From positions 11,062-75,061 of the IMG/VR virus record IMGVR_UViG_3300034072_001093: a stretch of 64,000 bases of DNA; one strand, given 5' to 3'. Positions 38,691 to 47,520 of the stretch are shown piece by piece. Positions within the stretch are counted from its first letter, which is position 1, and each line of letters begins with the position of its first letter. The notes beneath the pieces were generated by a model. The model saw only the letters and a list, made by a program, of their open reading frames with translations, did no database searches and was not told the DNA's origin. Source of the stretch: a virus. The position numbers and the translations under genes are program-made.

Positions 38691-39583
38691 ATCTCCAGAG
38701 TTTTGCGAAACTGAATCCAGCCCGTGAAGTTCCCGTGGAGGTCAGATCTTGCCCATTCATAGGTTCCGTCTGGACGAGGGTCTAAAGCCTCATCAGGTGT
38801 TGCCTGATGCTCTGCAGGTGAGGCATGCAGGGGCTTGGAGCCAACGAGGCGATCGAACAGCTTCAGGTCTTCCTCGACGGTGGTCTGGCGGCCGTCATGG
38901 GTCAGGTAGCTGACACGAGCACAGCGAGCGGTGGAGACCTTCTTGAGGATGTCGTTTATCTGGCCAGGCATGGGAACGACACGCATGACGCCGTTCCCGG
39001 TAATCCGGTCCTGGGCTGCCTTGACGTCATCGCGGGTGATGTAAGGCAGATGCCAGTCTTCCGGAGCCAGGTGCTGAGGATGGCTGCTGCACAGAGCGTT
39101 GAGCATTTCCAGAGCCAGGACCTTCATCTCAGGCTGGGCATCGGGGTGAGCACGCAGCTCGAAGAAGTTCTCCCAGTCCGTCGCCGTGACGACGACGTTG
39201 ATGTGTGCCCATGGTTCGAGGATGCGATTGGCAATCTGCTTGTGGAGACCGAGACGAACCATCTCTTCTGCAGCTCTGATGCAGCAATCGAGAGCATCGT
39301 GCCACTCTGCGTTGGCATATGCCAGGTCATCTGCGGTGAGTTCAGCTCCAGCCTGCATCCCAGGCTTATTGCTGCCCCAGAAGACAGGCATGGCAGGATC
39401 CCGGCGAAGATCTTCGATCATTCGTTCGACAGGGATAGCTCGACTGGAGCTTGCGTTCCGCGAAAAGACCCTGTGTGTCATAAACTCCGCATGGATGAAC
39501 CTCGGGTAGCGTAGCTGCATGGTTGTGAGGCGGATTCCAGCAGGTGAGATGCTGTCCGCGATCACTTTGGCATAGATTGTCAT
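38687..39583 (-). CDS. thyX: Flavin-dependent thymidylate synthase
   Basis: RYPRFIHAEFMTHRVFSRNASSSRAIP, HKQIANR, ARCARVSY and HASPAEH. Confidence 0.93.
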   Translation of the reverse strand: MTIYAKVIADSISPAGIRLTTMQLRYPRFIHAEFMTHRVFSRNASSSRAIPVERMIEDLRRDPAMPVFWGSNKPGMQAGAELTADDLAYANAEWHDALDCCIRAAEEMVRLGLHKQIANRILEPWAHINVVVTATDWENFFELRAHPDAQPEMKVLALEMLNALCSSHPQHLAPEDWHLPYITRDDVKAAQDRITGNGVMRVVPMPGQINDILKKVSTARCARVSYLTHDGRQTTVEEDLKLFDRLVGSKPLHASPAEHQATPDEALDPRPDGTYEWARSDLHGNFTGWIQFRKTLEI

Positions 39584-39765
39584 GGGTCTGTGTCTTTCTG
39601 GGTTTGTGAAGTCCGAGACACTCTGGAGAGAGCCTCGGTTGGTCGACTTCAAGGGGGTCAGATGGTGCACTCACGGTTTACAGTGTTAGGGTAAACCTGA
39701 GGAAAGCTGGGGGTTTGCTGGGGATATGGTTTACAAGAAAATCCTTATTTTTCAATGATACGCAA

Positions 39766-39813
39766 GGAATCATAATCCGTAGGTCGGGGGTTCAAGTCCC
39801 TCCTCCGCTACCA
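39766..39813 (+). mobile_element. attP core: 3' part of a tRNA with CAT anticodon (tRNA-Met-like)
   Basis: GGAATCATAATCCGTAGGTCGGGGGTTCAAGTCCCTCCTCCGCTACCA gives an anticodon loop with CAT, a T-arm (GGGGG-TTCAAGT-CCCTC), the 3' acceptor strand and CCA. There is no 5' half. It lies ~60 bp from the integrase stop. Confidence 0.85.
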
Positions 39814-39871
39814 AAAAATCCCGGTAAAACAAAGGTTTAGAGGAGCGGCAAATTTCAGATGAAACCAAAGT

Positions 39872-40921
39872 TTACACGCCTTTGTAAACTTTTCCGCGCT
39901 GGGTCTTCTGGCCCATGCCGCGCATCTTTTGCGCCAAGTGCATGATGACCCGTGCGTTATCGACATATCTGAGCCGTACAGCGGACACTTTCTCCGAACT
40001 CCAACCAAGAATCTTGGCGATGTCATCGTCGTTGAGGCCGTTCTGCACCAGCTTAGTGGCGAAAGTGCCACGAAGGTCGTGAAGAACACGATCGAACCCT
40101 GGCGGAAACGATTTCCGGAGCATGCAAGACAGCCCTTGCTTGGTCCAAGCGAACCCGCGGCTGTTTTTCAGCACGGTTCCGGTCTGCTCTCTGCCCTTCA
40201 ACCATGCCCTGAGTTCAGGGAGCATGGGGATGATGGCCTCTGTTCCTCGCTTCTCGGTGCGTTCGACCCAGACAAAATTCTGGTCGAGGTTCACATTACC
40301 CCACTCAAGCTTGACCAGATCTCCGAGACGGAGACCGGTGAGGCTGGCGAGAACGATGGCGTCCATGACGTGCGTCGGGATCTTGGCATTGTGAATGGCG
40401 TCCCAGTGACGCTCCTCCCAGATCTCGTCGGCCTTGTTGACGCGGTGGAGCTTGGAGATGCCGTCGGCACAGTTGTGGTCGACCATGGCGTTCTCCCTGC
40501 CCCAGTTGAGCAGGGTGCTCATCATGACGACACCCTTGTCGGCCGAGCGGGGTTGGTCCCTCCACTGGTTCCGCCAGCCGTGGACCTTGCCTCGCATCTT
40601 GGCATCGTTGAAGAGCTCAAGGGGCATCTTCCCGAAGTGCTCGTCGATCCGGTTGAGCCAGAGACGGTAGTCCTTTTTGGTGGCCGGCTTCAGCCGACCA
40701 AACTCGGGGCTGTCCTGGTAGGCTGTAATGAGGGCACTCATTCTGACGGTCTTCTCGTCTCGATCTTTGTTCATGGCCGCGAGCTGCTTGGCGAGCAGCT
40801 TTTGGGTGATAACGGGGGGGACGTGATCATCCGTCTGGATGAGTGGTCCCCCCCGCCAGGCATACGAATAGTACCGATCGCCCCATCTGAGGCGTTTGCG
40901 GACAATGTGTATCCCTATCAC
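39872..40921 (-). CDS. int: Tyrosine recombinase / phage integrase
   Basis: Catalytic set R (TGLRLGD), K (TEKRG), HxxR (HDLR), W (LGWS), Y (RYV), plus an arm-binding-type N-terminus YYSYAWRGG. GTG 40921 chosen; ATG 40951 is an alternative. Confidence 0.93.
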   Translation of the reverse strand: MIGIHIVRKRLRWGDRYYSYAWRGGPLIQTDDHVPPVITQKLLAKQLAAMNKDRDEKTVRMSALITAYQDSPEFGRLKPATKKDYRLWLNRIDEHFGKMPLELFNDAKMRGKVHGWRNQWRDQPRSADKGVVMMSTLLNWGRENAMVDHNCADGISKLHRVNKADEIWEERHWDAIHNAKIPTHVMDAIVLASLTGLRLGDLVKLEWGNVNLDQNFVWVERTEKRGTEAIIPMLPELRAWLKGREQTGTVLKNSRGFAWTKQGLSCMLRKSFPPGFDRVLHDLRGTFATKLVQNGLNDDDIAKILGWSSEKVSAVRLRYVDNARVIMHLAQKMRGMGQKTQRGKVYKGV

Positions 40922-40925
40922 GACC

Positions 40926-41135
40926 TTAGTCCTGCGCCGCGAAGTAGGCATCGAATCTGTCCCGTAGCGTGGTCTCCTTGGCTGCCGGGGGCAGCTGCGG
41001 AGATGGTAAGCATGAAACAGTGACTCCATCTTCCCGGATGTCAACGGAGTTGGGCATGAAGCCGTATTCCCGCTTGAGCATGTCGAGGATGGATCGCACC
41101 TCGGTTAGAGGCACGGTACGCCGCTTTGTAGTCAC
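40926..41135 (-). CDS. Putative excisionase / recombination directionality factor
   Basis: 69 aa with a GGAGG RBS, directly upstream of int. Basic helix, beta hairpin (VDIREDGVTV) and acidic-aromatic tail resemble small genes coupled to alphaproteobacterial integrases. Confidence 0.5.
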   Translation of the reverse strand: MTTKRRTVPLTEVRSILDMLKREYGFMPNSVDIREDGVTVSCLPSPQLPPAAKETTLRDRFDAYFAAQD

Positions 41136-41279
41136 GAATCCTCCCTTGGTCCCGTGAAGCTGAGCCTGACCTGCTCAGCCGCACAGAGATGATTCTGTTG
41201 ATGGTCATGGTTTGGCACCGAAGTGCCTGGTCTGGGTTTTTACGGTGCTCTGTAAGGGGGGGCGAGCACTGTGAGAGGG

Positions 41280-41308
41280 CATATCCCGGATGGTTTCCAA
41301 CATGTCAA
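41280..41308 (-). promoter_or_regulatory. sigma70-like promoter upstream of xis-int
   Basis: Perfect TTGACA (41303-41308), N17, then GATATG. Confidence 0.5.
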
Positions 41309-41348
41309 CATAGCCTGAAAAGATAACATCGAGCCCCTTCGGGTAAAC

Positions 41349-41741
41349 TTAACATCGGTTGTTTTTGGGTAAGCCCTCCTGTCCGATATGCTGCTGCATG
41401 TTGCTGCAGGTTCGAGCTATGAGATGGCATTGGTAAACCAGAGGTAACGCATCCCAGACGTCTGATAACCAAATGAAAATGCGCTGTTTTACCGTGACAT
41501 CTTCAAATTGGGTCTTATCTGGGAGTGAAATGCCCGAAGGTGTTTCCACAGGATTATTCGATCCATTTTGGTTGTTGTTTGCCGCCTGCAGGAGGTCATA
41601 AAACTCCTGCAGTGTGGCCTGGAGGCCACTCTTATCGACCGGAATTTCGATCTTGTCGAAGTCCGGATTGATCTTGGCTGCGTCTGCCTGGGTGGTGAGG
41701 ACGTGGATTCGCTGCCCATCGTTTGCGGTGTAGAAGATCAT
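41349..41741 (-). CDS. Hypothetical protein
   Basis: 130-aa ORF coupled to the dCMP deaminase stop. AT-richer 3' half. Confidence 0.6.
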   Translation of the reverse strand: MIFYTANDGQRIHVLTTQADAAKINPDFDKIEIPVDKSGLQATLQEFYDLLQAANNNQNGSNNPVETPSGISLPDKTQFEDVTVKQRIFIWLSDVWDALPLVYQCHLIARTCSNMQQHIGQEGLPKNNRC

Positions 41742-42328
41742 GCCTGGTTCCTCAGCTGGCGAGTTGCCTCGCGTCTGCGTTCGACATTGGCGTTGTTGGC
41801 CTCAAGGAGGCCTCGGACACGCCACTCGAGAAACTGGATTCGATCCTTGAGCTTCTCTTGATTGGGCGGAGGTGAGCCAGGGAGAACCCTGACAGTCACC
41901 CCACCTTCGAACAGGATCTCGGCCGCCTGTCTCATGCTCTCTCCCCATCGGGGATCGTCATGGTCGAATGGATAGACCACCACGCAGCTGATCCCAGCCT
42001 GAACGATGTCGCCTGCACAGTTCGCACAAGGGAACCAGGGAATATACATGGTGCATCCCCTGGTGCTGGCTCCCATGCGTGCTGCATTGAGGATAGCATT
42101 CTCCTCGGCATGCTTGGTGAAGGCGTATTTGGTCGGCCTGGCGTGGCGCGATTCGATTGTGTCATCCACGCCCCTGGGGAAGCCGTTCCAGCCTGAGCTG
42201 ACCTGCTCCTGGTCAGGGCCGACGATGACAGCACCAACCTGCCGGCCACGGTCCTTGGACCATTCGGCATAGTGCAGGGCGAGCGACATCCATCGCTCGT
42301 CCCACATGCGCTGCTTCGAGGCGATCAT
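41738..42328 (-). CDS. dCMP deaminase
   Basis: SKD..QVGAVIV, GWNGFPRG, HAEENA and PCANC zinc motifs. Confidence 0.92.
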   Translation of the reverse strand: MIASKQRMWDERWMSLALHYAEWSKDRGRQVGAVIVGPDQEQVSSGWNGFPRGVDDTIESRHARPTKYAFTKHAEENAILNAARMGASTRGCTMYIPWFPCANCAGDIVQAGISCVVVYPFDHDDPRWGESMRQAAEILFEGGVTVRVLPGSPPPNQEKLKDRIQFLEWRVRGLLEANNANVERRREATRQLRNQA

Positions 42329-42513
42329 GATGCCTCCCCGAAATACAGCTTCCGGCAGGTCTTGCAGGTGACTTTGCCGAAATTTTCCTGGGAGGCGAAA
42401 TAGTAGCTGCCTTCCAGGGGCTGACCACAAAGGGTGGTTGTGGGGTTGACTCGGTTACGGTCGGCGATGTGGCGAGCCTTGCTGTCGTCGAGCAGGGTAT
42501 CGATTGCGGGCAT
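42325..42513 (-). CDS. Small putative zinc-binding protein
   Basis: H..TLCG..VTCKTC. Overlaps the next start codon. Confidence 0.55.
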   Translation of the reverse strand: MPAIDTLLDDSKARHIADRNRVNPTTTLCGQPLEGSYYFASQENFGKVTCKTCRKLYFGEAS

Positions 42514-42515
42514 GG

Positions 42516-43769
42516 TCAGCTCCTGACGTAGATGAGCTTGCCGAAGGGCACGCTCTGTCCCTTCTGGGTGCAGGCCCAGATGATGGGAACATTGACGGGA
42601 AGCGGCTGCATCGGGGCGACATAGAGATCGCTGAAGATGACGGCCGCGGTGGGCTTGTGCTCGACGATGTGAGCATGGACGCAGCGAAGGCAGGTGCCTC
42701 CCCTGCCCACGACCACGATCTTTTCGAAGCGATCGTCCTCGTAGAAGACGTCCTCCTTCTGGATCTGGGTGTCGAACTGGACCAGGGTGAGCTTCTTCGG
42801 GTTGAACTGTTCCTTGATGAATTTCACCTCGGAGTTGAACCGGAGAACCTCCTGGTCGGTGATCGAGCCGGACACATCGAGGTAGTAGATGAGGTGCTCA
42901 AGGCGACCTTCGTCCTCGAATCGGGACGGCAGATACATGTCGTCATGGGCGAATCGGCGGTTGGGCCTGCGCCAGGTGAAGTCCTCATCGACCAGATCGG
43001 TGAAGAAGGCCTTGAGCTCCGCTTCCCAGGGGATGATCGGAGCCAGGAATTTCTCGACAATCTGCTCGATGTTGCCCGGCAAAGTGCCAGGCTTCTGCCC
43101 GGCAAGCTTAGCCTGGTGAATGGCTCGGACCACGTTGTTGACGGCCGCTGTGGCTGTCTCCTTGGACATGGGGATCATGTCGCCGAGCTGATCGGTATCA
43201 TTGGGGTTGGGCTGCCCTGCTGCTCCCTGGTTCCCGACATCGCCGCCTGAACCATTGGGTGTGCAGGGTCCAGGCCCCCAGCTGGGCTTGGGCGGTTTCT
43301 GGTATTGCTGGATGAGGATGTCGTAGATGTCTTCCTCGGCCTGCAGTCCGTATTGCTGGTCCTTCCAGCAGTTTTCGACGCTGGTGAATTTGAATCCGTC
43401 CTGTTCGAGGCCGTTGTTGATCCGGAGATCGCAGGCGAAGTTCCAGATCAGGGGATCCCGGCTTTCACGCCGAACCTGGTGCAGCAGGGCTGCATGCCAG
43501 AGTTCGTGCATGAGGACGGTCTCCCGACCATCAGGGTGGATTTCCATGAACCAGTCGGGGTTCCACCAGAAGGTGACGCCGTCGGTTGCTGCCGTGGGAA
43601 TATCCCGGCTCCAGATGAAGTCCATGGACGACATGATGGAGCCAAGGAAGGCAGCGTTCTGGCCCAGGAAGACCTTGGTCTTGGTCCGATCGAGCTCACG
43701 GGTGATCGTGAACTCGTCGTAACCTAGCTCCTGCACCTGCTTGGGTGCAGCGGGGTGTTGGTTGCTCAT
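42516..43769 (-). CDS. Metallopeptidase-like + VWA domain protein (N4 gp25-like)
   Basis: TAATDG, HELWH, WRRPNRR, MIDAS DVSGS and GRGGT. Confidence 0.88.
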   Translation of the reverse strand: MSNQHPAAPKQVQELGYDEFTITRELDRTKTKVFLGQNAAFLGSIMSSMDFIWSRDIPTAATDGVTFWWNPDWFMEIHPDGRETVLMHELWHAALLHQVRRESRDPLIWNFACDLRINNGLEQDGFKFTSVENCWKDQQYGLQAEEDIYDILIQQYQKPPKPSWGPGPCTPNGSGGDVGNQGAAGQPNPNDTDQLGDMIPMSKETATAAVNNVVRAIHQAKLAGQKPGTLPGNIEQIVEKFLAPIIPWEAELKAFFTDLVDEDFTWRRPNRRFAHDDMYLPSRFEDEGRLEHLIYYLDVSGSITDQEVLRFNSEVKFIKEQFNPKKLTLVQFDTQIQKEDVFYEDDRFEKIVVVGRGGTCLRCVHAHIVEHKPTAAVIFSDLYVAPMQPLPVNVPIIWACTQKGQSVPFGKLIYVRS

Positions 43770-43778
43770 AGAGCCTCC

Positions 43779-44822
43779 TCAGCCGTTGATGTAGCGGGAC
43801 AGGGCGATCATCGCCTTGGCGAAGGACGGGTGACGCTTCAGCTTCTCGTTGCGGAGAATGACCGAACGGAAGAAGACGATCTTGAAGGTGAGATCGAAGC
43901 GGTCGATGTAGGTCGCCACGTCCTCGAAAGCCTCTTCAGTGACGATGTCCATCAGGTGCGAGACGACAGCCCATTTGGTGGCGTTGTCCTGGGGAACCGG
44001 GCACTTTTCCGGGTCCTTGCGGATGTCGGCAATGCTGACCATCGAGGCGTAGATCTTGGTGAACTGGACGAACTCGACAGCCACGCCGGAGGTGAGAGCA
44101 CCGGCATAGAGGCTGATCTTGTCGTCCCTGACCTCTTTGCCCTTGATTAGCTTGTTCATGAACTCCCAGGTCCGGGGGCAGCAGAAGGTCTTCTCCTGGT
44201 GGTCGGGCCGGAAGTCCATCAGCAGGCTGGGCTTGAAGCTCAGGAAGCCGATGATCCGCGGATCGAAGTTCTGGGCCAGGGCGACGTCTTCACGCCACTC
44301 CTCGAAGTTGATCTCCATCTCGATGTGGATGAGCCGGCTCTGCATGGCAGTGCTGAGGCTGGTCGTGATCGCCTTGTCCGTCGACAGGTTGCCGGCAAGG
44401 ACGACACCGACGTCTTCGTGCAGGTCGAACTGGCCGACCTTGCGATCGAGCACGAGCTTGTAGGCGGCCGCCTGCACGCTCTTGGGTGCCGAGTTGAACT
44501 CGTCGAGGAACAGGCCCCAGCCATTGCTGCCCTTGGGCTTCTCACGGCCAGCGAGCGGGAACAGATCGGCGAACGGGGCGAAGCGAGCTTCACCATTCTC
44601 GTCGAACCGGGGAAGCCCGGTCAGGTCTTCCGGTGCCGAGGTGGACAGCCGGTGGTCGATCATGTCGAGGCCGAACTCGTCGAAGATCGAACGGACGATC
44701 GAGCTCTTGCCGACGCCGGGCGATCCCTGGACGAAGGGAACCAGGCCCGCCATCAGGCAATCGACGATGTGCGAGCGGGTCTGACGGGGCGTGCAGCGAT
44801 ACAGGTTGGTCGTGTCGGTCAT
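43779..44822 (-). CDS. MoxR-like AAA+ ATPase (N4 gp24-like)
   Basis: GSPGVGKS, LFLDE, LAGN and PRTW. Paired with the VWA gene. Confidence 0.88.
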   Translation of the reverse strand: MTDTTNLYRCTPRQTRSHIVDCLMAGLVPFVQGSPGVGKSSIVRSIFDEFGLDMIDHRLSTSAPEDLTGLPRFDENGEARFAPFADLFPLAGREKPKGSNGWGLFLDEFNSAPKSVQAAAYKLVLDRKVGQFDLHEDVGVVLAGNLSTDKAITTSLSTAMQSRLIHIEMEINFEEWREDVALAQNFDPRIIGFLSFKPSLLMDFRPDHQEKTFCCPRTWEFMNKLIKGKEVRDDKISLYAGALTSGVAVEFVQFTKIYASMVSIADIRKDPEKCPVPQDNATKWAVVSHLMDIVTEEAFEDVATYIDRFDLTFKIVFFRSVILRNEKLKRHPSFAKAMIALSRYING

Positions 44823-44848
44823 TGGTCTGGGTTTCCTTGGTTCTGGGT

Positions 44849-46054
44849 TCAGGAGAGTGCGTAATCGGCGGCCAGGATGTCCTGGGCCAGGGTGTCATCG
44901 AGCTTTCCAAGGCTGATGGGTTTGCCCAGCAGCTGGCTGACGATGTTGTCGAGCAGGTTGCTCTTGGCGATCAGGTGCAGCTGCAGGTTGTATTGGCGGC
45001 GCAGGTCGTTGCCGTAGTTGGGGTGGCAGCGGAAGCAGTCGTGGACGGTGACCACCTTGAAGGGCTTCACAGGGAGAGACTGGATCAGGTCTTCGATCAC
45101 CCCTTGGTCAACATGACCGAGGTTGTCGGGGTTGAGGTGATCCATGATCCGAGCGGACAGGTAACCTGTGCTTTGATAATGGTTCCAGAGAACCGCAACG
45201 AGCCGATCATCCACGGTTTTGGTGGCCTTACCGTAGATCTCGTTTTCAGCCATCAGGAGGTCCCAAAGGACCTTGACTTTAACGGGATCATAATCGCACC
45301 GGCGGCCCATCTCACGGACGATCATGCCGTCGATCGAGTGGACGACATTCGCTCCCAGAGCACGGCCGCCTTCGACAGGTGCATTGATTTTGCGGGTGAT
45401 CTCGATCGGCTGATTGAGAACGTGCACAGTCTCCTTGACGGTATCCATGACCGGCGTGCGGACCTGGAAGTTGTCGGGCAGCACCCAGTCGTGGCTCAGG
45501 GTGTCCGGATTCCACATGGCCTGGAATGCCTGGTTGAGTTCCCAGGCACCCGGAGCTGCGTGTGCCATGGTGTTGTAGAAGACGTTCAGGAAGTTACCTT
45601 CACCAAACACCCTCTTAGGCACAGCCGTCGAGCCGTAGAGGGCCGTCATGATGGCCTCCTTGCACATGGCTCGGGAGATCTTCGAGGTGTCGCCGATCTG
45701 GTCCAGCATATACTGGTAGATCCGGGTGTAGGCGTCTTCACGCTGACCGGTGTTGACGACGTTGCAGAGCTCGGCCGCATAGCGATCGCCGATCAGTACA
45801 GCGAGGATCTGCAGGCCTGAGCTGGTGGCATCGAGCGAGATCAGGTGGCCGGTGGGCAGCTGGCGTTCAGTCTCACGCCAAGCCTTGACGGCAGCGTGGT
45901 AGAGGGCCGGATTCTCTGCCTGGTCGAGCAGGCTTTCGAGATCGTTCTCGTTGTTGTCGAACCAGGCCAGGCGAGTGTCCCAGGTCTCCTTGTCGAGACC
46001 GAACTGCGAGGCGACGTCGATTTTGATGTATTCACGAGCGGTGAAGGTTTCCAT
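44849..46054 (-). CDS. RNA polymerase II subunit 2 (N4 gp16-like)
   Basis: LDATSSGLQ, K.AIMTALYGS, ANVVHSIDG and VHDCF. Confidence 0.93.
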   Translation of the reverse strand: METFTAREYIKIDVASQFGLDKETWDTRLAWFDNNENDLESLLDQAENPALYHAAVKAWRETERQLPTGHLISLDATSSGLQILAVLIGDRYAAELCNVVNTGQREDAYTRIYQYMLDQIGDTSKISRAMCKEAIMTALYGSTAVPKRVFGEGNFLNVFYNTMAHAAPGAWELNQAFQAMWNPDTLSHDWVLPDNFQVRTPVMDTVKETVHVLNQPIEITRKINAPVEGGRALGANVVHSIDGMIVREMGRRCDYDPVKVKVLWDLLMAENEIYGKATKTVDDRLVAVLWNHYQSTGYLSARIMDHLNPDNLGHVDQGVIEDLIQSLPVKPFKVVTVHDCFRCHPNYGNDLRRQYNLQLHLIAKSNLLDNIVSQLLGKPISLGKLDDTLAQDILAADYALS

Positions 46055-46083
46055 GGCGGTCTTCCTGTGAAATGTGGTGGAGA

Positions 46084-46347
46084 TCAGAAGGGGACGGAGT
46101 CGATCATCTGGATCACGTCAGGGCTGAAACGCAGCCACTCGACGTTCTTGTTCGCCCATTCGAGGTAGTCGGGATCGTCACGGAACACTTCCGAGACGAG
46201 GCGACCTTTGTGTTTCCCAAAGGTCAGCCGGCTGTCCCATCCGAAGGTCGTGACGGAATCGTGCTGCTTGAAGCGATTGGGGGTGGTGGTCTGGGGCTGC
46301 TCATCGAGCGGCAAGCCGCAGTAAGGGCACTCCTTGTGGTGGCCCAT
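46084..46347 (-). CDS. Small protein with FGKHKG motif (ExoX C-terminal-like)
   Basis: CPYC and LTFGKHKG...DPDYLEW. Confidence 0.6.
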   Translation of the reverse strand: MGHHKECPYCGLPLDEQPQTTTPNRFKQHDSVTTFGWDSRLTFGKHKGRLVSEVFRDDPDYLEWANKNVEWLRFSPDVIQMIDSVPF

Positions 46348-46500
46348 GTCAGTTCTCCTGGTTCAGGAGACCGGTGGATTGTGAACAGCACGACGCCTGC
46401 CGAGGATTGCCTCAGCAGAGCGTTGGTCTTCGTGCTGTAAACTTGGTCGGTCTGGGTTTTGGTCGGTGGAGTCGGTAGCCGGTTTACACCGGAATTTCGA

Positions 46501-46680
46501 TCAGTCTTTCTTCAGAGCTCTGGCGTTCTGCCGGTAGGCGAGCTTGTTGATCAGGGCTTGCTTGGCCTGCTCATATTCACGCTCGATCGCGGGTTGGTCC
46601 TCAGGCATCTGAGCACCCCGCATTTCATGGGCTCGAACCGCATTCTCGAAGCGGTTGAGGGCGGCTTTGTATCCGGCCAT
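46501..46680 (-). CDS. Hypothetical protein
   Basis: ATG overlaps the upstream TGA. Helical, 59 aa. Confidence 0.5.
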   Translation of the reverse strand: MAGYKAALNRFENAVRAHEMRGAQMPEDQPAIEREYEQAKQALINKLAYRQNARALKKD

Positions 46681-46958
46681 CAGTCCATCCTCATGTTCTG
46701 TTTGGGCTCCCAATACTCGTCAGGCTCGCCTGTCGAGTAGGTCGCCTGCACAATGTCCCGGTGATAGTGGGCGACACGCATTGTCGCTGCACGCAGGGAC
46801 CCGTCCTGGTCTCGCTTTCCCATCCACAGGTGGATGGCACAGCCATCAGGGCCGACAAGGTCAGTGCGATATGGCACCGGATCTTTGTGGCCGGGGACGT
46901 AGATGAGACCTTCGGCTTTCTGGCCAGGGTTCGGGATGCGTCTAGGCGTTCGGCTCAT
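46680..46958 (-). CDS. Hypothetical protein
   Basis: 92-aa ORF in a tightly packed operon. Confidence 0.55.
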   Translation of the reverse strand: MSRTPRRIPNPGQKAEGLIYVPGHKDPVPYRTDLVGPDGCAIHLWMGKRDQDGSLRAATMRVAHYHRDIVQATYSTGEPDEYWEPKQNMRMD

Positions 46959-47289
46959 GGGAAATCCTTTCGCTCGGGAGGTGCAGCGTCAGCATGACAA
47001 CCTCCATGTCTTCGGCTCGGCGGTGCTTCTGCTTGGTGGTCCAGACGTCACCGTATTCGTCGCCATAGAACTTGCCCTGGAGCCAGGCATTGAGGAGGTT
47101 CTGGGCTGCCGATCGGGTGGCATAGGTCCGGATCAGCATGTCCCTTTCGTAGCCCTTGGGCCAGCTGTCGGGATCGCTGAAGTCCACTGGTTCGAGGTGG
47201 GAACCCCCTCTCCCATCCCGGCGCTGAGGCCGGGGCAGGTATTTCTGCGTGCCTTTCACACGCACAGCATATTGGATGAGCTGGGTCAT
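46942..47289 (-). CDS. Hypothetical protein
   Basis: 115-aa ORF with operon packing. Confidence 0.6.
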   Translation of the reverse strand: MTQLIQYAVRVKGTQKYLPRPQRRDGRGGSHLEPVDFSDPDSWPKGYERDMLIRTYATRSAAQNLLNAWLQGKFYGDEYGDVWTTKQKHRRAEDMEVVMLTLHLPSERISHEPNA

Positions 47290-47292
47290 AGC

Positions 47293-47520
47293 TCACCAGT
47301 CCTGGTCTTCGACACGCTCTCCGATGTGGAGAATGCCGTTGGAGAGGTTAGCGTCGTGATAGACCTTTAGGGGTGGTTCCTCCCCATCATCGACGGCGAA
47401 GAGCTCTTCGATTTCGAAATACGGGAGCATCTCGTGGAGATTTCTGTTCTGGTCGTAGATCAGAGCCATGGGGACGCTATTCCCGTTGGTCATCAGCGGG
47501 CGTTGGATCTTGACGATCAT
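47293..47520 (-). CDS. Hypothetical protein
   Basis: MIVKIQRPL..ALIYD..W. Coupled start. Confidence 0.6.
   Translation of the reverse strand: MIVKIQRPLMTNGNSVPMALIYDQNRNLHEMLPYFEIEELFAVDDGEEPPLKVYHDANLSNGILHIGERVEDQDW

Noticed and set aside
39735-39813. Complete phage tRNA gene
   Set aside because: The upstream sequence cannot form the D-arm or the 5' acceptor strand. Only the 3' part is present, so it is called attP.
40922-41044. Extended integrase N-terminus from the ORF track
   Set aside because: It overlaps the Xis-like gene. The recognisable integrase sequence starts near GTG 40921.
42516-44822. MoxR-VWA pair as a novel system
   Set aside because: Well-known conserved gp24/gp25-like pair of N4-like phages.
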